From NCBI RefSeq assembly GCF_009914755.1, contig NC_060926.1: a DNA stretch of 64,000 nucleotides; one strand, written 5' to 3'. How positions within the stretch are numbered: the first letter of the stretch is position 1; every line of letters starts with the position of its first letter. Under the pieces are notes generated by a model that saw nothing but the letters and a program-made list of their open reading frames with translations, did not search any database and was not told where the DNA came from. The position numbers and the translations under genes were made by a program. This DNA comes from the human T2T-CHM13v2.0 reference genome, Homo sapiens. Positions 25,901-43,650 of this stretch are shown here, in pieces.

Positions 25901-27443
25901 TTACTTTACACCCCAAACAGGAATGGTGCTATCTTTTGACCTAACAGGACTCAGATGAGACTTTAGTAAAGAAGACAGTTGCCTGATCCTGTTTTGCTTT
26001 CTGTATTGTTTCAGGGGAATAGAATGCAAGCATTTCCCAGTCCAGACAGGCAGGTCCCCTGGCCCCAACAGTGGCCTGGTCCTGACATAGGGTCCAGGTT
26101 TGGGAAGAGGCTGGCTGTTCAGGTCTGTTCACTCCTTCCTGCTCTGAAGCCTGTCTTGCTGAGCATGTGCTTCCCGCAGGGGTGAGAGGACAAACCCAGA
26201 GGAGCAGCCCCTCCACCCAGTGTTTGAGGAGCTGTAAGCAAGCCCCAGCAGACTCAAGCAAGCTCCAGTCGAGTTAATTCCCAGACAACTGTGAGAGAGA
26301 ACAGGCTGCAGAGGCCATCTGAGGTCTGCAGCGAGTGGTTGGGGACAGAGAGAGGTGCAAGGGACAGGCATGGATGAAAGCGCCCCTTCCTTGGGCACCA
26401 GCACACTGACAGCTGTGGTTCTGGTGTGCGGCCTTGGCTCCGTGGGGCCTCCACATCCACACACAGACCCTTGTGAGGTGCAAAGCCGTGGTCCAGCCAC
26501 CTGCCCAGACAGTGGGTGCCAGGGAGCCTTCCTTCCTCCCCAGCCACGGAGACACAGCCCTCTCCCTTCCTGCCCTCCTACCCGGGGTGCTGAGAACAGT
26601 CTGTGTCTTCACAGAATCGGTGCACCCTTGCCTCCTACCCAAGCAGGGCCTCAGTCAGCGACTGAAGCATCCTGTGGAACTCACTCAATCCTCAAGCCCC
26701 TATTGGTCACTCCTTTGGCACAAGGAGTAACTTCACCTCCTACTTCTAAAAATAGAAATTTTTTAGTTAAAAAAAAAAAAGAAGCTTCCCTATTAGAGGA
26801 AGGGACCCTTCCTGGACCCCTTCTTCCTGCCCATCCCTCCCTCTCTACAAACCCACCTCCATCCTCCCAGTCACATCCACCCCCACTGCCAGACTTGGGC
26901 CTCCTTCCAACACAGCTGTCTCCCCCATCTTCAGTGGCTGTTCTGCTCCCTTCGGGGTCGCCCCCACGGCATCCAGTCCAATCTCAGCATCCTTCAAGAC
27001 AACAGCACCACCAACACACCCAAAACCAGATGAATACATAAGCAAAAATGAAAATGCGAAAATCTCACAACACCCAAATCACACCAGACCCAAGAAAACC
27101 ACCAATCCCGCTCCTCTTGTCCCCTGCCCAGCCCGACTCCTTGAAAGAGTCAGCCCACAGCTCTGCCCATTCCTCTGCCTCCAATGTGCTCTCTTCATTT
27201 GTGTTAGTAATCCTTACATTTTTATTTCTACCAAGCATAGATGTGAACGTGGTTTGAAGGCTCAAATAGTTCATAAAAGCTCCCAATACTCCCTGCACTC
27301 CTGCCCTCCTGCACTCTCCTCTTCCCCTAGAGGCAGAGAGGCAGCTGCTTCCACCTCTCATGCTAATCGTGTTGGCATTTGCTCTGTGTGTAAATAACAA
27401 GTCTGTGTTGAAGCTTCCTGGGTTTTTAGATTTAGGTTTTCTT

Positions 27444-27573
27444 GCTGGGCGTGGTGGTTCACACCTGTAATCCCAGCGCTTAGGTAGGCAGAGACAGGAG
27501 AATTGTTTAAGCACAGGAGACTTGCCTGGGCAACATAGCCAGGCCCAGTTCTCCACAAAAAGGAAAAAAAAAA
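27444..27573 (+). mobile_element. FLAM / Alu left monomer
   Basis: gctgggcgtggtggttcacacctgtaatcccagc...gggcaacatag followed by an A tail. Confidence 0.8.
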
Positions 27574-27919
27574 GTAGATTTACAGACTCCTCACTTCCTC
27601 ACTTTGGATGATGAGAATTGAGCTCTTGTCCTTCTCCATCCCCACCTCCTGCATTCAGTTCCTCTCCCTCCACCCTCCTGTGTGGCTGCGTGGTAATCTT
27701 GTGCAGGTCAGAATTCATCGTTTGTAGTGCTGTATTAAGCTATGTCATGCTATTCAGAGACAAGCCATTCAGTGCACCAGAACTACTTCTTTCTTTTGTT
27801 TCCCATGATGCTAATAATTGCCTGCGGTTTGGGGTTTTGTGGGGTTTTTTGGGGGTTTTTTGTTTTTTTGTTTTTGTTTTTCAAGAGAAGGGGCTTATTT
27901 TCTTCTATTTACTTATTAA

Positions 27920-28408
<489 letters not shown>

Positions 28409-28565
28409 TGACCTCCTAGGAAACTGTTTAATGGGAGTTGAGATGGCTGAGTTTTAGACTGCTACTGTTGGACAATGTTTTATTCTACCTTCACCCTTGA
28501 TTAATAGTTAAGCTGAGAATAAAACTGGGGTTAAATAATTTTCGTTCAAAATGTGAGAGGCATAG

Positions 28566-29008
<443 letters not shown>

Positions 29009-29360
29009 TATTTTACTGTCTTCTATCTCTGTCATTTTGCTCTACTTTCTGGGAAGTTCCTCAAATTTGTCATCCTATTCTACTGAGTTTTTAATTTTTA
29101 TTGTTAATTTTTAAAAACTTATTTCTAAGAGCTTTCTTCTGTGCTCTGATTTTCCTTTTCAAAGTCATCCTTCTTTGCTTCATGGATCTGTTATCTTTTC
29201 TTTTTTCCCCTCCTAGGGTATGAATAATCGTATGGATGTTTTCTTCTCCTTTATACTCACTTTTTGTTTCTTTTGAGCTCTCTGTTTTATATTAAAGGCA
29301 TTCCTGGGATTTCTGGAAATCTTTGTTTAATAGCTTATATTTGAAAAACAACCTTATTGG

Positions 29361-29662
<302 letters not shown>

Positions 29663-29679
29663 TAAAACAACCTTATTGA

Positions 29680-30500
29680 GGCACAATTTGCATTTAATAA
29701 AAGACAACTATTTTCCACATACATTTTGATAAGTGTGGCACATACATGCATGCATGTAACAACCACGACAATCAAAAGAAAGAACATTTCCGTCACATAA
29801 GACAGTTCCTGTGCCCTTTCCCAGTCAATCCCCACCACCCTCACCCCTCAGTCCCACGCAACCACTAATCTACTTTCTTCACTATGGATTAGATTTGTCA
29901 TTTCTAGCATTTTGTATAAATAAAATCTTACACGGTATACTCATACACAGTGTACACGGTGCCTGCATTCTTTTGTTCAGCATGATGTGCCTGACATTCA
30001 TTCATGTTGTTGAGTGCTTCAGCAGTTCATTTCTTCTTATTGCTGTTTTTCCCCAGTAACCCATTGTATGAATATGTCTTTATTTATTCATCCATCTGCC
30101 AATGGACATTTGGCTTGGTTCAGTTTTAGTTATTATGACTAAAGCTGCTAGGAACATTCACATAAAAGTCTTTGTGTGGGCGTATCTAGCTGGAGTGGCC
30201 AAGTCAAATTGTCAGTGAATCTTAGGTTTTTTAGGAAACCATCAAAATGGTTTCTGAAATGGTTGTACCATTTTCCATTCCCATCAAAAATGTATGAGAG
30301 TTCCAGTTTCTCCACATCTTCTATTATCAATCTTTTAAAATTTTAGCCATTCTTATGGGTACATAATGGTAGCCCTTTGAGGTTTTAATATGCGTTTCCC
30401 CAACAATTAATGATGTTGGACAATTTTTCATGTGATTATTGGCTATTTGTATAGCTTCTTTTGTGAAGTGTGCATTCAAATCTTTTACATATTTTCTATT
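29680..30500 (-). mobile_element. Old L1M 3' region
   Basis: caaccactaatctactttc...ggacatttgg...gttgtaccattttccattccc...ttggctatttgtatagcttcttttgtgaagtg. Confidence 0.8.
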
Positions 30501-30521
30501 AGACGATGATAGATAGATAGA

Positions 30522-30955
30522 CAGACGCAATTCTTGTTAACCACAGTAGTTATGTTCTATAAATTCAACACAAACACTGAATTAGAGAATACTGAACTGC
30601 TGCTCATACGATAAATATAGGATTAGGTTCTTATGAGCCTATGGTCACGATATTTTTATCAGCTGAGAAATATGTAACCTTGTTTTATGTGAATTTCTGT
30701 TTAGAGACACCCTTATTTAACATATGTCATTGATTCATTAACATGGAAATAATAGCCAACAGCGCTATAACTCATGCCTGAACAAAGCTGGTCTAACACA
30801 TGTATTTTCTCTGCAAGGCACATGGAAGCACACTCAAGCGTTCGACAGCACTTCAGCACTGTGCTTGAGGCCATTGAACACAAAAGCACCAAATGTGAAA
30901 AAAGCGGCACTACGTAGGCAACAAAAAGAATACTTGTTTACAGTGTGAGCTCACA
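30522..30955. mobile_element. TcMar-Tigger DNA transposon remnant (MER82-like), truncated
   Basis: gtagttatgttctataaa...aacactgaattag(a)gaatactgaa...gacaccttatttaa...ctataactcatgcctgaac matches my recollection of the MER82 consensus. Confidence 0.6.
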
Positions 30956-30969
30956 ACGTTGGGTTCGAC

Positions 30970-32555
<1,586 letters not shown>

Positions 32556-32559
32556 GGAT

Positions 32560-32843
32560 TGGTTTTGAGCTGAAGCTGCTCTCCTTGGCTTGCAGATGGC
32601 TGTCCCCTTGCTGCCTTGTCACATGATTGGCCCTCTGTCCACTTGTAGCTCTCGGTGCTTTGCATGTCCAGATTTCTTCTTATAAGGTCACCAGTCATAT
32701 TGGACTAGGGCCCACCCTAACGGCCTCATTTTGACTTAATTTCTTCTTTAACGGCTTTGTCTCCTAATACAGTAACATTCTGCAGCTCTGGGGATTGGGA
32801 CTTCAACATGTGAATTCGAGGGAACAAAATACAGCCCATAACA
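32560..32843 (-). mobile_element. MaLR LTR fragment (MLT1A/B-like)
   Basis: cttataaggtcaccagtcatattggactagggcccaccct...cttcaacatgtgaatt...cagcccataaca is the reverse of the MLT1 5' end. Confidence 0.8.
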
Positions 32844-32931
32844 ATGAAGAAATGGATCCATGAAGGGATGGAAAGGAGGGCTCACATGCAGCTCTGAGGG
32901 GAAACGAGGAGGCCATGACCACATTTTCTCC

Positions 32932-32932
<1 letters not shown>

Positions 32933-32972
<40 letters not shown>

Positions 32973-32986
32973 ACAAACAAACAAAC
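32933..32986. repeat. (TAAA)n/(CAAA)n microsatellite
   Basis: Directly visible. Confidence 0.9.
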
Positions 32987-34205
32987 CACAACAGATAAAG
33001 TTAAATTCCTCTTCTCCCATCACTCCCCTGCCAGAACCTCCCCAGAGGTGGCTGTGGTCATCTGTTTGGTGCACAGCTGTCCAAACCTGATGCCCTAGGC
33101 TGGAGGATTTCATCAGCTCCTATCTGTAAAGTGAAGTGATCTCTAGGTGGATCCATTGGAAGGGTCTGGAGAGGCACGCATACTGATATTTTATTTGCTT
33201 ATGGGCGGGGGCGTGTTTGTGTCCCACAAGCTTGTTTTCAGACACTTTTCTCTGCATGATCATATGTCCTACAGAACTCTGCACGTCTGGATAGATGCAT
33301 ATTATACATTGTTGATGAGGACTTTTGTCAACAGTCATTTAATTGTTACCACTGTTTCAAAACAGTACCAGGACTATCATGAATCCCTTCTGGGAGCGTT
33401 TCTCGGGGTAGATGCCAAGAAGTGAAACTTCTCAGTAGTAGGTGATATATGTGCATTTTAAATTTTGACAGATAATGTTAAATGTGACCCCAAAATGTAT
33501 GAGTCTATTTCGTTCTATCCTCTCACCAATACGCATTATCAATATTTTTAATTTTTGTAAAAAAAAAAGTCATTTGAACTCACATTTTTCTAATTGCTGG
33601 TGAGTTTCTGCACCTTTTTCATACACATATTGGTTATTTGTGTTTCTTCTTATGAGAATCATCTATTTATATCCTTTGCCTACTTTTTTACTGGGTTGTC
33701 CTTTCCTTCCAATCTGTCCCTCATATTTTAACATTGAGGATGTAATTTGTTGCGGAAAGTTTTTAGCGTGGATGTCAAATTGTCAATCGTGACTTCATGG
33801 CTTCAGATTTTTTGAGATTAGCCAACTTTCCCTATTTCTAGACCACAAGCATATTTGTTTAGCTTTTTTACTCAAATTACAATAAATACTTTATACGCAT
33901 GTTATTTTGTTCAAGGAAAAAGATTTTTTCTTCTCCGAGAGAAAGGCAGAGAGATCAAATCAGGACCCATGAACCCAGGCAAGTTCCACCACGATCTGTG
34001 ATCCCCTTCCTGGGAAGGTCAGCTCAGGTTGCTGCGTCATGTGGGTCTGCAGTTTCCTGGTCGGATCCGTCTTTGGAGGCTGTGTTTGCTTATTGTTTAG
34101 TGACCAGATACCCACTTCAGGTACTGGAGGAAGAAGTCAAGCAAGGCTATGGCCCAGACCTGTGCTTTCTGCTTTAAGGGCTATAACCAAGCTCCAGAAC
34201 ACCCC

Positions 34206-34390
34206 ATAGTTTGCGTTCACATCCTAGGCTCCTCCACTCACTAGCTGACAACACTGGGCGGGGACCTGACCTGCCTGTGTCCACTTCTCGGGGCTGTTGT
34301 GAGGATCAAATGAGATGATGCAGGGGAGCGCCGGGCCCAGAGCCTGGCCCACACAGCACTTAGCACACTCACAAATGACTGCTGTTAACT
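34206..34390 (+). mobile_element. MIR fragment
   Basis: ctccactcactagctg...ggctgttgtgaggatcaaatgagatgatg. Confidence 0.65.
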
Positions 34391-34630
34391 AGCATACCAA
34401 TTACTAACAGGCATACGCATTAACAATTAGTAACATAGTGGTATTAATAGTGGAATTTGGTTATCATTGCTTTTACTTTTCCATGAAGTTAATTAGTCAG
34501 TATTGTGGGGTAGGAGTCTGACTTTATTTCCAAATTGGATAAACAATTGCTCCAACAGATAATCTGAAAGATCTTCTAAATTCCCATGCATGTATAGTAA
34601 ACATTCCAACTCTCTATCCTGTTCCATTAA

Positions 34631-34987
<357 letters not shown>

Positions 34988-35046
34988 TAAAGGTGTTGCA
35001 AGAACAGAATAGTCAACACACTGAAAAGAATGTCTGGCATTGAGTA

Positions 35047-35708
35047 CTATATATATATTATATATATATATATATAAAATGTGACCCCAAAATGTATGAG
35101 TCTATTTCGTTCTATCCTCTCACCAACATATAATATATATAATATATATACATATTATATATTATATATAATATGTATATATATTATATTATATATTATA
35201 TTACATATTATATATTATATTACATATTATATATTTATATATTACATATTATATATTATATTTTATATTATATATTATATCATATATATGTTATGCATTA
35301 TATAATACATAATATATTATATATGATATAATATATATTATATATTATTATATATAATATAATTAATATATTATGTATTATATAATATATATTATGTTAT
35401 AATATATAATATATATTATATAATTATATAATATATTATGTATTATATAATATATATTATGTTATAATATATTATATTATATATATTATATATATATTAT
35501 ATATATAATGTATATTATATATAATACATAATATATTATATATTATATATTATTTTATATAATATATTATATAATGTGATATATTATATAATATATTATA
35601 TAACATAGTATATTATATAATATATTATATAATGTAATATATTATATATTATATAATATATTGTATGTAATATAATATATAATATATATTATATATATAT
35701 TTAAATAT
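35047..35708. repeat. ~660-bp AT-rich (TA/TAT/ATA)n low-complexity array
   Basis: Almost pure A/T, interrupted once by a 50-bp unique segment at 35077-35126. Confidence 0.97.
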
Positions 35709-35721
35709 AAGAATACTTAAC

Positions 35722-36330
<609 letters not shown>

Positions 36331-37573
36331 TGTGGTCTCTGTAACTTGTGCTCCATGCCTGGGATCTCTTTTACGTTACTTTTTCTAACTGGCCATTGCT
36401 GGGGCATTGGCCACCTTATGATTTTTTATGGGGTAACCTGTATCGGGCCACCTTGAGCCTTACTTGCATTTGCTCTAAGAGTCTGCCATTGATCCTCTTG
36501 GATTATCTGTGTGGACAATCATGTCCCCTGGAATGAAGACTGCTTTGTTCCTTTCTGTCCCTCCTCTTGGCTTGCTGTGCTGGGTCAGCTCCCAAGACAG
36601 AATTGAGTGGTTAACGAGCAGGCATGCATGCCCTGTTCCCTACAGCAAAAGAAGAAATGCTTCTAAGGTTTTACCATTCAGTCCCAGGCTTACTCTAGTA
36701 AGCACATTTATCTCAACGAGGTTCCCTTCTACTCCTAGTTTGCCAAGAGACTTATCAAGAATGGGTGTGACTTATCAGTTTTTAGGGTCTCTCTTGGAGC
36801 AGATCGATCACAAGCCTTTCTTCTTTTAAACTGATGCCCTAGAAAATTACAGTCATAGACTATTGTTCAACCAGTCCTGGGGCCATTGTTCTGGCAGCCC
36901 TAGGGACACCCCAACCCCATCATATGAGGATATTTCCTTCTCAGGGAGAAAGGCTGAGAGATCAAATCAGGACCCATGAACTCAGGCAAGTTCCACCACG
37001 ATCTGTGATCCCCTTCCTAGGAAGGTCAGCTCCCATAGCCTGGGAAGGCTATGGCCCAGACCTGTGCTTTCTGCTTTAAAGGCTATAACCAAGAGCCAGA
37101 ACACCCCGTGCCCACCGAGTCCCAGTCTCAGAGCCTGCCTGTGGATTGCAGCCAAACCCATCTGTGTCCACCTGTGGGGCCACATGAGCCGCCAGTTCTG
37201 GAGTCCAGGACATTCAGGCTCAGGAGAAATTGCACCTTGAAAGAGAGATGACCAGAGATGAGCAGCCTTTTAACTGGCCTCCATCTGTTGGTGTCTCAAA
37301 ACTTCATCTGTCAGATACCAAAGGAATCTAAGAAAAGCTTCACCTAGAAAAGGGAATAATTCTTATTTCAGAAGTTTCCACCACAGGACTACTGTAATGT
37401 TCTATAGAAGTGCCATAATTTTTTTGGGATTTTCACCTTTGGAGGCATCCATGGAATTGACATGCCATTTTCTTTGTGTGTTGCCTGGACTTGAGAGCTT
37501 TAAAAAATACAGCCCAGGACCCAAGCCTTGGAAATTCTGATCCAGTTGCCAGGTGATGGATATTGAAATCTGC

Positions 37574-37871
37574 ATTTTTTTTTTTGAGACAGCATCTCTC
37601 TCTCTCTCTCTGTTGCTGAGGCTGGAGTGCAGTGGTGCAATCACAGATCACTGCAGCCTTGAACTCTTGGGCTCAAGCATCCTCCTGCCTCAGCCTCCTA
37701 AGTATCTGGGACTACAGGTGCATGCCACCATGCCCAGCTAATTTTAATTTTTTGTAGAGACACGGTCTCCCTATGTTGCCCAGGCTGGTCACAAACTCCT
37801 GGCTTTAAGCAGTCTCCCTGCCTCAGCCTCTGAAAACGCTGGGATTCCAGGGGTAAGCCACTGCATCTGGC
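37574..37871 (-). mobile_element. AluJ
   Basis: Reverse Alu with TSD gaaatctgcattttt. Confidence 0.92.
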
Positions 37872-40800
37872 GAGAAATCTGCATTTTTAAAGAGCTTTTT
37901 CAGAAGGTTCATTTATGGTCAGCCAGGTTTGAAAACCACTGACTGAGAAGGTACTGGAAGGTTCTGGCCTCAGCCTCATCATCATTGAGATCAAAGGGTT
38001 CCTGGAAGGTCTCAGAGATGGCATGGTCACCATGCTAATTCTAGCCCAAGTGGAGCAGGAATGTGTGTGTCTGGGTGCACACTGCTGAGTCCAGCTCTCA
38101 CTGGGAACTCAAGGGGACCCTAAACCTGTGGCTTCCATCCTGAGGGCTCTGGGAACTAGCTTTGTGCATTCATAAGCAGTCCAAGCCCCTTATACCCTCC
38201 AGTGTTGTTTTCCAAAATGTATACCTGTGCTCATGGTGCCTACGTTAAAAACACCGCTAACCTCAGAGCAGCTTTTTACAAACTTATATCTCCATCGACA
38301 GTTACTAGAAGTGTACCTACTATTAACATGCGTATTGGGTAGAGGACCAATGTGCAAATTTAAAATATATGTATATTAAACAGAGCTCTTCAAGCATGGA
38401 CAGGCTGGGAAGTCCTGGGGAGAGGGCCTCCCTGAAGCCAGTGGCTGCCTCTGAGTTAATGAGCAGCTGGGTGGCTGCTGCCCTGACCGCTGGGCAGGCA
38501 GTCACCCCACTCCCACCCCACTCGGGTGACAGCTGGCCCGGGGGCAGTCCAGGACTTGAGTCATCCCAGTCTGTGACAGGGAGGGCAACGTTAGAGAGGA
38601 GGGCCTGGGACAGAGTGAGCCTTTTGACCATGGAACTGCCTGGGGTGAGGGTGAGGGCACCGTGGCTGCCATCCTAGTGAAGCCCCACCCCACCCGATAC
38701 TTCAGGCTGACTCTTAGATTCTTAGAAGAGTTCTCAGCCTGCCCAACATTGAGTGGAAGGGTTTGGGTGTTAATGGCCTCAAAGGCTTCTGTCAGGCCCA
38801 CAAAGACACCATGAACAAGCCCTCAATACCTGGCCAACCGCATGGCTGACCCCATTGTCCTTCCCTAGGCGTGGGCAGGGGCTATGGAGGGTGATCTGGC
38901 CAGCGTCTGATTCATAGGCGCAAATCAAAACGGCCACTGAAGCCCACGTGGCTTCCTGCGGGCAGGAAAGGAGATTTCACTCCTGCGCAGCCCAAGGACA
39001 CAAGAAGCCCTGGCCATATGGCCATCTGGAGAGGAGAGCACACCGGACACCTGAGGCTGTGTGAGGTGAAGGCCAGCAGTGTCCGAATGCTCTCAGATGC
39101 CCCTGTGCTCAACAGCACGATCCCCAGTCCCCAGGCGCCCAGCTGGGAAATTCTGCTTGGTCTGTGGTAAATGCCCTTTCTGAGAAGCAACCATGACCTT
39201 CTCAAGAATACTTCAGAGGCACTTTTGCTCCTTCTCCACTAACCGACATCCTGTTTTGCTGGAACACATGGGGCAGAGCGCACACAGCTTTGTTCCTGCA
39301 CCCGCCCTCAGAGCTTTGCCACCTGTTTTCAGGCTGCCTCTGCCTCCAAACCCTGCGGAGCCCTCCCTGCCCCGTGCTTTGAAGCAGTTTCTTTGGAAGC
39401 TGCTGCACAGGGGTTAACAACAAGCAACAACTCAGGTCGCATTCTTGTCAACGGAAGGGAGGGCCAGGTGGAACCGCCAAGGGGGCCATTTCTGGCTTTG
39501 CTGGAGGCTGTCAGCTTCTGGTGGGAGCCACAGCCTGAGGGCAGCCAGGATGGCTCTGCTGGGAGGGACACCCTGCCCAACCCTGGGAGCAGGTGACGAA
39601 GGCTCCTGGAGGCATGGTCACATCCCTGGGTCCCAGAGGCAGGAACAAAGCCCCCAGGGCAGGTGGGTGAAGGCTGCTGGGGGTCGGAGGGGAAGCCTTG
39701 CTGCCCAGGAGCTCAGGCCGGGCTGAAAAGGGCAATGCCACAGAACCCCTGGAAGGAGCAGGACAGCAGACAGTGTTCCAGATGAGACTGCAGAGGGCCG
39801 GGGAGCCAAGTACCAAGGGGACGTCAGGAGGGGCCATGAGGCCTCCTCTGAAAGCCACTGTGGCACCAGCATTTGCGAAGGGCCTGAATGACTCCTCTTT
39901 TAATGGACAGGCATCCAAGGGCTTCCGGAGAGCCACAGAAAACCTGGCGTGGAGGTTGCTGCTTGCCTTCTAGGAATGATCTTGGATGTGCTGGTGGCAA
40001 TTCCCCCTCCCTTTGGTGATCCCCCTCACATCTGCCCCAAGCGACTTCTCCAGGGCCAGCCTTAGGAGGCAGAGAGATCCCGCTCTGGACTGCTGTCCCA
40101 GGCCCTGAGGGTGCCATGGGTTACATGTGTGTTTACATGAGTCTATGAGTTGAATCCCCATAAGCCTGGGGGAAGCACCATGTCTGAAGCAGCAGCTGCA
40201 TTTGTAAGATGAAGATCTGAGCCAGTTTTTCATTATATCTGCAGTGTTCATCAAGAAAGGGCCTCCGGGTTTGTGTTTACTGGACATGAATTGAGCTGCT
40301 CTCCAGAGATAAGAAAAAAATATTACAGCCCTGCTATGTGGGCACCCCACGGCAGCCCCCGGGGTTAAGGGGCAGCTTTCTTTCCAAGGAATCCCATTGC
40401 CAAAGATGAACCTTCAGGTAAGGGCTCAGAGCTGCTTGCTTGGGCAGATACTTCCAGCAGGGTTCCCAGGGATGTGAGTCCATCTCCCCACAGAGGAATC
40501 TGTGCTCAGGCGCTGTGCCCAGGGAATATCAAGATCTGCACCCTGGAAACCTAAGGCTGTAGCCTCAGCCCCAGTTAAGGATCATGCGGTCTGGTCTGTC
40601 CCTTTGTTTTACAGATGGGGAAACTGAGGACCCAGAGGAAGCAAGAGCAGCCCCAGGCCACACAACCCTCTTTTTATTATTCATTCACTGACTACACTGC
40701 AGAGGTTGGACCCATATCTCATTATTTGAATAGTAAATTGTTTTTTCTTCCTGACCCTTGGTCTGTTGGGTCTCTCATTGCGCCATGCATCCAAGAAAGA

Positions 40801-40907
40801 ACGTTCTGAAGCTTTCCAGTGCCACCCAATCCCTGTATCCTACTTTATGCTTGAAAGTAAAGCTCACGGGTTTTTTTCTACTTCGGGTTGTTTAAATAAC
40901 CACAATC

Positions 40908-41206
<299 letters not shown>

Positions 41207-41229
41207 CCACACAATCAGTGCAGAGTGCT

Positions 41230-41900
41230 GAGCCCTCGGCCAGCAGTACCTCCCTCCCTCCCGGAACACCCTTCCTGGCTACCCTCAGGCAGGCCCCGCC
41301 CACTAGGTCACCCCTGGCAGGAGGGTGCCTCCTGGGTGCAGCTCACCTGGCGGGACCGGCGCCTCAGCACTCTCGTGAAACTCCAGTGCCCAACCCAGTT
41401 CGGGCCAGCAGGTGGCGTTCGCGGAGCAAACACCGAGTGGTGCTCGCTTACTCGCCCCCTCTAGAAAGCACCTTGTTCAGGCGGGGGCGTCCAGACCCGC
41501 ACAGAACGCTCCTCAAACCAGCAGCAGCTAAGAGGATGAGACTGCCGGGGACACGGAACAAAGCCTCCTTCCTGCGGCTGAGCGCGCCGCCAGCCCGAGG
41601 GTGGGGGCAGGGGACGCTCCCCAGGTCCCAGCAGGCGCCACCAGCGTCCCAAACGCCAGCGCACTCCGCCCGCGCCTCCCAGAGAGCCTGGTGAAACAGG
41701 GAGGTTTTCCTGGCCGCTATCCTGGCGGGGCGCCCCCAACCTGCAGGGACCCTACCAGGGCTCAACAGCCCGCTGGGCAGAGCTGGGGGGGATCGGAGGG
41801 CCCCATGACTACAGCGGGGCGTCCCACCCACCCTACAGGGGCCTGTGCAGCTGCCGGGGTCCTCTCCCTTCCCCCCTCCCCACAAGCCTCCGCAACCACT
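41230..41900. promoter_or_regulatory. Intergenic CpG/GC-rich island-like region
   Basis: Dense CpGs (ggcgttcgcgg, gagcgcgccgcc, ccgcccgcgcc, ggcggggcgcc with a GC-box) compared with the surrounding DNA. Confidence 0.65.
41403..41420 (+). promoter_or_regulatory. CTCF core motif, forward
   Basis: GGCCAGCAGGTGGCGTTC closely matches the consensus CCA(C/G)(C/T)AG(G/A)(G/T)GGC(G/A). Confidence 0.6.
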
Positions 41901-41911
41901 ATGTGTCCCAC

Positions 41912-42591
41912 TGTACACAGCACCCTTGACATAACTAACTCCATCTTAGAAAAAGACTGCATTTTACATATCATAGGACACTTTGCTAACAGGGACCCGA
42001 TGTTTCGCCTGATCAATAAAGACTGCATCCAGCCAGACAAGGACATAACCAAGCACACTCCTCCACTCAGTCCTCATCAGAGGACACTGTGGCCATAAGA
42101 GCAGGACTTCAGCAGCCCCAAGTGGCCGTCTTAACAGACCCAGTCTTACAGTCACTGGTGATCAGCACCTGACATCTGCTCACATCAAAGACACTTCCTA
42201 AAAGTACCGAAGATTGCACCAGCCCACACCAGGAGATTTCTTTTTCTCTGTTACTCTCCTTGGACTGGTTTGTTAACCTTTTTCCTGCCGCCCTTCTCTT
42301 CATGTTAAATGTTACTGTGTGCTGTGGAATGTTTAATATATAACATCTATATATTGATTAAGTATATATGACTCTGCATGGCTTGTAATACTGACTGGCT
42401 TGTGGAGTGGCTTGAGCATATGTGCTCTGACTTGGGAAGTGAACAGAAAGTACTAAGGAGAACTGCCCCCTGGGGAACTCCATGGCGCTCATGGCTCCTG
42501 TGATTGAAATAACATCAATCAAAGTCTGACACTGTGGAAAGACAAAACATGTGCGGACCGGGTTATCCTTGAATTTGCACCGCTCACGACA
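41912..42591 (+). mobile_element. ERV1-class LTR (MER67-like), apparently solitary
   Basis: TG...CA termini (tgtacacagc...gctcacgaca), actccatcttaga near the 5' end and ERV1-type ttgttaacc...tgttaaatgttact. TSD is not evident. Confidence 0.6.
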
Positions 42592-42869
42592 GATGGCTCG
42601 GGACCCACATGCACACACAATCCAGCTTCAGCTCTGAACTAGCCATAAGCTCCCCGAGGCCACAGTCCCTTGGCCCTCTACCCAGTGTGTGCACGCACAT
42701 GCACACACACACCTCCTACTGTCCCTTATGACCCTACGCAAAAATCCTTTCACTCCTCAGTGCTCCTTGAGCTTTCTTTCAAAGGCCTTGAAACCCTTGC
42801 CTCCCCTCAACTCTCTGAGCTGGGATTCCCAGGTAAGGGAACTTGTCCAGCCTCATTGGGGCAGCTTGT

Positions 42870-43058
42870 CTTAGGAGCTGGGCACTGGAGCCAGCCTGCC
42901 TGGGTGTCAACCGTGGCCTCACCTCTTACTAGCTATGTGTTACTTTGAGCAAGTTTTTTAATTTGGGGATCTAAGTGCTCAAGGTTGTTAATTTAAATAT
43001 GTAAGTGGATTACAACACTGTCAAGCACATGTCAAGTGTTCAATAAATGTCAGCACAT
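42870..43058 (+). mobile_element. MIR/L2-end fragments
   Basis: ggagccag...cctgggt...cttactagctatgtg...gagcaagt and tcaataaatgt. Confidence 0.6.
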
Positions 43059-43344
43059 AGAAAAAAAAAAAAAAACCTTAAAGTCACAGGACACTAACAC
43101 ACACCAAACAATATTCTAGTTAAGAATGAGGAGCTCAATCAATATCAAAGTAACGAGCAAATCTCTGAGGGTCCAGAATCACTGATTTGAGTGCTAAGAA
43201 AAAGCCAAGGTGCTTCTCCCTGTCGCAGGCTGCAGAGCTGTGGCAGCCAGTGACAGCACTGTGCAGCATAGACACTCATTGCTTCTGCCTGCACCCAGAG
43301 CTCGGCTCTCATTTGCTTGCCTTTCTAAAAATAAATGAGCCTCT

Positions 43345-43650
43345 GGCCGACGCAGTTACTCACGCCTGTAATCCCAGCACTTTGGGAGGCTGAGGCAGGA
43401 GGATTGCTTCAGCAAGGAGTTCAAGACCAGCCTAGGCAACAAAGTGAGACACTGTGTCTACAAAAAGAAAAAAAAAGATTAGCTGGGTGTGGTGGCATGT
43501 GCCTGTGGCCAGTTACACTGGAGGCTGAAGTACAGGATCGCTTCATCCCAGGAAGTCGAGGCTGCAGTGAGCTGTTTACACCACTACACTCCAGCCTGGT
43601 CAACAGACCGAGACTCTGTCCCTAAAAAAAATTAAAAATTTTTTTAAAAA
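43345..43650 (+). mobile_element. AluJ
   Basis: Diverged Alu with TSD aaatgagcctct. Confidence 0.9.
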
